A stretch of 41,845 nucleotides of DNA from a virus. Taxonomy: Duplodnaviria; Heunggongvirae; Uroviricota; Caudoviricetes. A program made the position numbers and the translations under genes. Below are positions 36,767-41,845 of the stretch, piece after piece (the stretch's first letter is position 1; every line of letters begins with the position of its first letter). The stretch is from the IMG/VR virus record IMGVR_UViG_3300039314_000292; one strand, 5' to 3'. The notes under the pieces are model-generated. The model was not told the origin of the DNA. It was given only the letters and a program-made list of their open reading frames with translations, and made no database searches.

Positions 36767-36790
36767 AAGCCGCCTTCTGGCGGCTTTTTT
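36767..36790 (+). terminator. rho-independent terminator after repressor gene
   Basis: AAGCCGCC-TTCT-GGCGGCTT followed by TTTT. Confidence 0.7.
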
Positions 36791-36803
36791 ATTGCCTATT
36801 CGA

Positions 36804-36880
36804 TTACCTAATGGGTAATTTTTTTAACTCATATCTATTGACATCAAACCAGATACGCATAATTATTACCTCAACGGTAA
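36804..36880. promoter_or_regulatory. OL-like operator pair: perfect sites at 36804..36818 and 36866..36880
   Basis: GATTACCTAATGGGTAATT and TATTACCTCAACGGTAACA upstream of the recombination operon. Confidence 0.6.
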
Positions 36881-36899
36881 CAGACCGAGGTAACAAGTT

Positions 36900-37052
36900 A
36901 TGCAGTGGAAAATCATCAACGGTTGGTACTGCGTTACTGCATGCGGATTCATGAGCTGGAAGTTCCGCACCTTACAGGAAGGCATTAAGTGGGCTTTCGT
37001 CAGCAAAGAAGCTCGCGATGTGGCCAACGATAACGAGATATGGGAGGGCTGA
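36900..37052 (+). CDS. small ORF (50 aa), first gene of early-left operon
   Basis: GAGGT RBS 9 nt upstream; absent from ORF track because under 60 aa; Trp-rich; function unknown. Confidence 0.3.
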   Translation: MQWKIINGWYCVTACGFMSWKFRTLQEGIKWAFVSKEARDVANDNEIWEG

Positions 37053-37054
37053 TA

Positions 37055-37354
37055 ATGAACGTTAATCAGCAGAAAAATCTTCAAAAAATCATGCTGGCAT
37101 TCGACAAGGACTACCGCCTGTCAGAACAGCTATATGACCGACAAGTTGAACTGATTGAGAGTATCCGGCTTCATCAACTGGCATCAACTTTCGACGTTGT
37201 AACAGTTAAAGGCGTTCGCCAGGAAGTACTGGAGGCCGCTAAAGACAGCCCTGAGTTCGAAGAACTGATGGATTCCTACCGGCGCGAGGCAATGGCAATT
37301 ATCGCCCGCTGGGATCTGGCTGATCAGCTTGATGGGCAGAGGGACGCGGCATGA
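37055..37354 (+). CDS. hypothetical early protein (99 aa)
   Basis: GGGAGGG RBS; upstream of exonuclease gene, a position where host-nuclease inhibitors often lie (speculative). Confidence 0.5.
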   Translation: MNVNQQKNLQKIMLAFDKDYRLSEQLYDRQVELIESIRLHQLASTFDVVTVKGVRQEVLEAAKDSPEFEELMDSYRREAMAIIARWDLADQLDGQRDAA

Positions 37355-38172
37355 AGCCGGGAATTTATTTCGACATCAGCAACGAAGACTACCACGCCGG
37401 GGACGGCGTGAGTAAGTCGCAACTGGACATGGTTGCCAAGAATCCGGCGCTTCTTAAATGGGTTCAGGCAGCACCAGAAGACGAAGAGAAAAAGTCTGCA
37501 CTGGATATGGGAACCGCATTGCACTGTCTGCTTCTGGAGCCTGGAGAATTCAACAAACGCTTCATTGTTTCACCGAAATTCGATCGTCGGACGAAACAAG
37601 GTAAAGCTGACGAAGAGGCATTTCTTCGTGATGTGGCGGATATGGGGATTACGGTACTTGATGACGAGCAGTGGCGGAAACTGGAGCTGATGCGTGATAG
37701 CGCAATGGCTCACCCAGCGGCACGCTGGATGTTGGAAGCACCTGGTTACTGCGAAGCATCAATGTACTGGAACGATGAAGAGACGGGTGAGTTGTGCCGA
37801 ATTCGTCCAGACAAATGGCTGAACGAGCACAACGTGATCGTCGACGTGAAAAAGGTTGCAGATATGGACCGTTTTGCACGCCACATCGAGGAATTCCGCT
37901 ACCACGTGCAGGACGCAATGTACCGCGAAGGAGCAATGAGGGTTACTGGTCAGCCGCATGGTTTTTTCTTTCTTGCCGTAAGCGAAAGCATTGATTGTGG
38001 TCGGTATCCGGTACGCGTGTTCGAGCTGGATGCGCAGGATGTCGATGCCGGGCACGCTCTGTTCCGCCGGGATCTGAATACCTATCACGAATGCCGCATC
38101 AACGATGAGTGGGGCGGAGTGGAAATTATTAAACGCCCTGACTGGGCACGTAAACAGGATATGTACGTATGA
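37351..38172 (+). CDS. PD-(D/E)XK recombination exonuclease (YqaJ/RecE/lambda-Exo-like) (273 aa)
   Basis: Motif RPD ... VDVKK consistent with PD-(D/E)XK catalytic core; coupled to downstream annealing protein gene. Confidence 0.75.
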   Translation: MKPGIYFDISNEDYHAGDGVSKSQLDMVAKNPALLKWVQAAPEDEEKKSALDMGTALHCLLLEPGEFNKRFIVSPKFDRRTKQGKADEEAFLRDVADMGITVLDDEQWRKLELMRDSAMAHPAARWMLEAPGYCEASMYWNDEETGELCRIRPDKWLNEHNVIVDVKKVADMDRFARHIEEFRYHVQDAMYREGAMRVTGQPHGFFFLAVSESIDCGRYPVRVFELDAQDVDAGHALFRRDLNTYHECRINDEWGGVEIIKRPDWARKQDMYV

Positions 38173-39050
38173 GCAATGATATCGCAATCACATCACAACC
38201 AGGCGCAACTGTAGGTACTGCTGCGGCAATCTTCAGCCCGGAGGGCATGAATCAACTGGTGCGTTTCGCGGAGTTGATGTCACAAAGCAAAGCGACTGTA
38301 CCGAAACATCTTGAAGGCAAACCTGCCGATTGTCTGGCGGTGACCATGCAGGCGGCACAGTGGGGAATGAACCCTTTCGCCGTGGCGCAGAAAACGCATG
38401 TGGTAAACGGAACGTTAGGCTACGAAGCACAGTTGGTAAACGCGGTCGTATCCTCTTCCAGCCTGCTGGCGACACGCCTGAATTATCGCTGGAGCGGTGA
38501 CTGGTCGAATGTTAACGGCAAAACAGATAAATCACCGAATCTGACGGTAACTGTGTCAGCAGTTCTTAAAGGAGAAGCAGAACCCCGTGAGCTTACCATC
38601 AGTATGGCGCAAGCCGGAGTGCGTAACTCTCCATTGTGGGAACAGGATCCGCGCCAGCAGCTTGCCTATCTTTGCACGAAACGATGGGCTCGCCTGCACG
38701 CTCCTGATGTGCTTCTCGGTGTTTACACCCCTGACGAATTACAGGAAACGGCACCGCGCGTTGAGCGAGACATTACTCCGCAAACAACTACTGCTGCGGG
38801 AATGAACAGTCTGATCAACGCTAAACCAGTGAAAAAGCCTGATGAGCAAACTCGTAAAGCGGATAGCCGTGATCCAGAAGAAATGCTGATGGCCTTTACC
38901 AGCGCAGCGATGAATTACAGCACTGTCTCCGAACTGGATAAGGCTTACAAATACATTGCACAAAAACTTTCAGATGATGACGAACTGCTGGCAAAAGCCA
39001 CCGACGTTTACAGCGTTCGTCGGGAAGAATTAAACGAAACATCTATGTAA
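38169..39050 (+). CDS. RecT/Redbeta-family single-strand annealing protein (293 aa)
   Basis: Synteny with exonuclease; segments (GMNPFAVAQKTHVVNG, ERDITP) resemble remembered lambda Bet. Confidence 0.75.
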   Translation: MSNDIAITSQPGATVGTAAAIFSPEGMNQLVRFAELMSQSKATVPKHLEGKPADCLAVTMQAAQWGMNPFAVAQKTHVVNGTLGYEAQLVNAVVSSSSLLATRLNYRWSGDWSNVNGKTDKSPNLTVTVSAVLKGEAEPRELTISMAQAGVRNSPLWEQDPRQQLAYLCTKRWARLHAPDVLLGVYTPDELQETAPRVERDITPQTTTAAGMNSLINAKPVKKPDEQTRKADSRDPEEMLMAFTSAAMNYSTVSELDKAYKYIAQKLSDDDELLAKATDVYSVRREELNETSM

Positions 39051-39099
39051 CCACCACCGCGGCGCCACACGCGCCGCACTGCAACCAAGAGAGGTATTT

Positions 39100-39348
39100 A
39101 TGAAAGGTGCATTAGGTAAGAAGGAACTCCTGGCGGTGGTGCCACTGTCATGGAGCACTATCGACCGTATGGAGCGCGCAGGGGAATTTCCTAAACGCTG
39201 GTATATCACTGACAAACGCTGCGCATGGAACCGTGACGAAGTTGAGCGTTGGCTTGATGAACGTCAGGCAGCAAGCCCGGCAGAGTTCCAGGGTAAAAAA
39301 CCTCCTGTTCAGCAACGTGTATATCGTCCCGTGAGCAACGCTGCATGA
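39100..39348 (+). CDS. AlpA-family DNA-binding protein / putative excisionase (82 aa)
   Basis: Pattern S.STI.R....GEFPK......W...EVE.WL typical of AlpA/Xis-like HTH proteins; located near integrase. Confidence 0.65.
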   Translation: MKGALGKKELLAVVPLSWSTIDRMERAGEFPKRWYITDKRCAWNRDEVERWLDERQAASPAEFQGKKPPVQQRVYRPVSNAA

Positions 39349-39461
39349 GTGCGCTGCTAAGGCACTGGAGCAAATGGTCAGGATGGTACTTATTCCTGGC
39401 CTCTGTTTCAGCATGGCTTTATCTGCTGGCATTAATTTTCAGAGAGGGTTGGATTAAGTGA
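39345..39461 (+). CDS. 38-aa single-TM hydrophobic peptide (hypothetical)
   Basis: ATG overlaps xis stop (ATGA) and its TGA overlaps GTG of next ORF; sequence MSALLRHWSKWSGWYLFLASVSAWLYLLALIFREGWIK; not in ORF track (under 60 aa). Confidence 0.3.
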   Translation: MSALLRHWSKWSGWYLFLASVSAWLYLLALIFREGWIK

Positions 39462-39757
39462 GAAAGTTAAGCCGACTTGAAAAATATCACATGAATAAGG
39501 TTTCAATGCGCAGTCCGTCAAAGATTGTCGCCGTTACTCCTGCGGCGATAGAGATCGAAAAACGCGCGATTGAAAGAGAGAAAAAAGGGCAATTCCGCAT
39601 TGCCGCTCACCTTTGGCTTCAGTGTATGGATGTTGCTTCTGGTGATGTTGAACGTGCAAGGATCGCGGTTCGCAGGGACCAATGTATCACAAAAGGTAAC
39701 GGCCTTCGCCGTGGCGACTATAGCGGCATAGGATGTTGTGGGGTGGTTTATGACTAA
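39458..39757 (+). CDS. hypothetical protein (99 aa)
   Basis: Coupled to downstream methyltransferase (8-nt overlap); start uncertain (GTG 39458 or internal ATG). Confidence 0.45.
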   Translation: MRKLSRLEKYHMNKVSMRSPSKIVAVTPAAIEIEKRAIEREKKGQFRIAAHLWLQCMDVASGDVERARIAVRRDQCITKGNGLRRGDYSGIGCCGVVYD

Positions 39758-40400
39758 GAAATACACACTAATCTATGCAGATCCACCCTGGGTATACCGG
39801 GACAAAGCCGCAGATGGTAATCGCGGTGCCGGTTTTAAATATCCGGTTATGAGTGTGCTGGATATCTGCCGCCTTCCTGTGTGGGATTTGGCCGATGAAA
39901 ACTGTCTGTTGGCCATGTGGTGGGTGCCAACACAACCACTCGAAGCACTAAAAGTTGTTGAAGCCTGGGGATTCCGTCTGATGACGATGAAGGGCTTCAC
40001 GTGGATAAAATGTGGTAGTCGACAACCAGATAAACTGGTTATGGGTATGGGACACATGACTCGCGCCAATAGTGAAGATTGCCTGTTTGCGGTAAAGGGA
40101 AAACTACCTACGCGCATTAATGCAGGGATCGTTCAGTCATTTACCGCACCGCGGCTTGAGCATTCAAGAAAGCCAGATATCGCTCGTGAAAAACTTGTGC
40201 AATTATTAGGCGATGTTTCTCGCATTGAACTGTTCGCCCGCCAGACGTCTCATGGCTTCGATGTTTGGGGTAATCAGTGCGAAGACCCGGCAGTGCAACT
40301 ACACCCTGGATACGCGTTGGATATTGGCGGATTAACAAATGCATTCAGCAATGCTCCGCTGTCACCAACAGACAACCAGGGGCGGGAGCGTGCTGCATGA
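39750..40400 (+). CDS. MT-A70-family DNA N6-adenine methyltransferase, orphan (216 aa)
   Basis: Catalytic DPPW motif (YADPPWVY); start ATG 39750 (track gives GTG 39738); no adjacent restriction endonuclease. Confidence 0.85.
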   Translation: MTKKYTLIYADPPWVYRDKAADGNRGAGFKYPVMSVLDICRLPVWDLADENCLLAMWWVPTQPLEALKVVEAWGFRLMTMKGFTWIKCGSRQPDKLVMGMGHMTRANSEDCLFAVKGKLPTRINAGIVQSFTAPRLEHSRKPDIAREKLVQLLGDVSRIELFARQTSHGFDVWGNQCEDPAVQLHPGYALDIGGLTNAFSNAPLSPTDNQGRERAA

Positions 40401-40591
40401 ACAGGGCATCACCAGCAGATTTAAGAAAATGCCTTGAAACTGCAAACATGCTTGCACACAGCGGGATCAGGTTTGTTCCAATTCCCGCTGTCACTGATGC
40501 TGAATTTGCAACACTGTCAGCAATATTCGAAAACAAAATTGAATCACTGGCAGCAGAAGCAGAGATGGAAGAAAATCAGCAGAACTATTAA
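40397..40591 (+). CDS. small hypothetical protein (64 aa)
   Basis: ATG overlaps methyltransferase stop (ATGA); convergent with integrase. Confidence 0.4.
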   Translation: MNRASPADLRKCLETANMLAHSGIRFVPIPAVTDAEFATLSAIFENKIESLAAEAEMEENQQNY

Positions 40592-40594
40592 ACG

Positions 40595-41845
40595 TTATTC
40601 CCCCGCCATCCACTTCTCAAACTTCGACGGGGAGAACGGAATCAGATCCGTATGCTCCCCGTCAATCCATGAATCAATCATATCGGCCCACTGCTGCAAC
40701 ATGTAGGCGCGCTGTCTGGCGTATTCCGCTTTGTTATATACGGCGCGCACACCTTTCTGCTCATGTGCCAGAGCCTTTTCAATCCAGTCTGAAGGATAAC
40801 CAGCCTCATGCAACAACGTACTAGCTGTACGGCGCATATCATGTACAGTGAAGTCCTGAATATGCTCACCATCTTCATTTATTATTTTCACCGTTCTGTC
40901 GATCAGAGAGTTCAGCGCGGCATTAGATAATGGCTTCCGGAAATTGTAACGACCAGGAACCAGATATTCACTTCCACCAGCGCACATCTGCAACCCGACC
41001 AATATATCCTGTGCCTGTTTAGGCAGGTAAATAACGTGCGCCCGGCTTCCCTTCATGCGGTCTGGAGGAATTGTCCATGTCCATTTTTTAAAATCTATTT
41101 CATCCCACGTTGCATTGGTGAATTCGCCCTTACGAACCATAGTGATAAGCACCAGTTTTAAAGCCATTTTCATAGTGCCCATAGCACCAATGGCATCCAG
41201 CGTGCGGAAGAACAGGCCAATTTCTTCTGGTGTCAGTGTTCGCTCTCGTGGTTTAAATATGGCGATAGACGAAGGTTTAATGTCAGCCGCAGGATTAAAC
41301 AAACCATGACCACGGTCATTGGCGTGACGGTATACGCTACTGATGATCTCCCTGGCCTGCACTGCTGTTGCCCGGCCACCGCGTTCGACAATCCGGTCAC
41401 ACAAATCACGAACCATCGATGTGGTAATTTCAGCCATCATTTTATTGCCAAGAACCGGAAGTATGTCACGGTCGATCACCGCCTGTTTCATTGCGCGGGT
41501 ACTGTCAGCCAGGATGACGTGTTTCATATAACTGTCGGTATGTACCGCAAACGTCTCGGCACCACGAATCTTTTTGATACCGTCACGTTTAGCCGCAGCC
41601 GGTGACTGGCCTGCTTTAAGCAGCTTCTTTGCAGCAATCAGTTCTTCTCGCGCTTCTGCCAGGCTGATACCGTCACGCCCATACTGCCCGATTACCAGTG
41701 TTTCGCGGCGACCGTTGATACGGTAGTCATAGCGAAACGAGACCGTGCCTGACGTAAGCACAGCTACATACAGCCCGTCACGATCGGAGACCTTGTACAG
41801 TTTGTCCTGCGGCTTGAGGTTTTTTAATTTTGTATCGGTAAGCAC
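40595..41845 (-). CDS. int: P4-type tyrosine integrase, N-terminus at or just beyond window edge
   Basis: N-terminal LTDTKLKNLKP arm-binding-type motif; catalytic region with HDMRRT and VYNKAEY (Tyr nucleophile); ORF runs to the window end. Confidence 0.9.
   Translation of the reverse strand: MLTDTKLKNLKPQDKLYKVSDRDGLYVAVLTSGTVSFRYDYRINGRRETLVIGQYGRDGISLAEAREELIAAKKLLKAGQSPAAAKRDGIKKIRGAETFAVHTDSYMKHVILADSTRAMKQAVIDRDILPVLGNKMMAEITTSMVRDLCDRIVERGGRATAVQAREIISSVYRHANDRGHGLFNPAADIKPSSIAIFKPRERTLTPEEIGLFFRTLDAIGAMGTMKMALKLVLITMVRKGEFTNATWDEIDFKKWTWTIPPDRMKGSRAHVIYLPKQAQDILVGLQMCAGGSEYLVPGRYNFRKPLSNAALNSLIDRTVKIINEDGEHIQDFTVHDMRRTASTLLHEAGYPSDWIEKALAHEQKGVRAVYNKAEYARQRAYMLQQWADMIDSWIDGEHTDLIPFSPSKFEKWMAGE

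Larger units (their letters stand above)
1266..41845. mobile_element. integrated temperate phage (prophage); right end truncated by window, left boundary uncertain
   Basis: Contiguous phage modules: lysis, tailspike, virion proteins, capsid, portal, terminase, replication O/P-like, cI/cro-like immunity region, recombination genes, excisionase, integrase. No att direct repeat could be identified within the window. Confidence 0.85.

Noticed and set aside
1-41845. Prophage att sites / exact integration boundaries
   Set aside because: Integrase runs off the right edge and no duplicated core sequence could be identified by eye; the internal tRNA-Arg is flanked by phage genes on both sides and is not the attachment site.

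Overview
The window is almost entirely one integrated temperate phage (prophage), with its right end cut at a P4-type tyrosine integrase (40595..41845, N-terminus at the window edge). All homology statements below come from reading the translations and recalling families from memory; no database search was run. Minus strand, right to left: a lambda-like early region (Cro-like regulator, lambda O/P-like replication genes with iteron-like repeats inside O, a nin-like block), small and large terminase, a T7/epsilon15-like podovirus morphogenesis module (portal, scaffold, major capsid, tail tube proteins, internal virion proteins including a lytic transglycosylase), a 1039-aa tailspike, and a lysis cassette (two holin-like proteins, GH19 endolysin, Rz with embedded Rz1). 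Plus strand: a CI-like repressor without a LexA-type autocleavage domain, followed by a recombination operon (exonuclease, RecT/Redbeta-like annealing protein, AlpA-like excisionase, MT-A70 adenine methyltransferase). Two accessory islands interrupt the late operon: 6507..10021 (LexA-box-controlled small antirepressor-like gene, Bro-N antirepressor, low-GC membrane-protein operon, two secreted-protein morons) and 26080..27656 (tRNA-Arg(UCU) plus a low-GC membrane/coiled-coil protein). The strongest signal is a palindromic TTACC-N5-GGTAA operator motif present in at least 8 perfect and about 5 near-perfect copies, clustered around the repressor gene and also placed at the promoters of the accessory genes and the tRNA. 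Prophage boundaries (att repeats) were not found inside the window.
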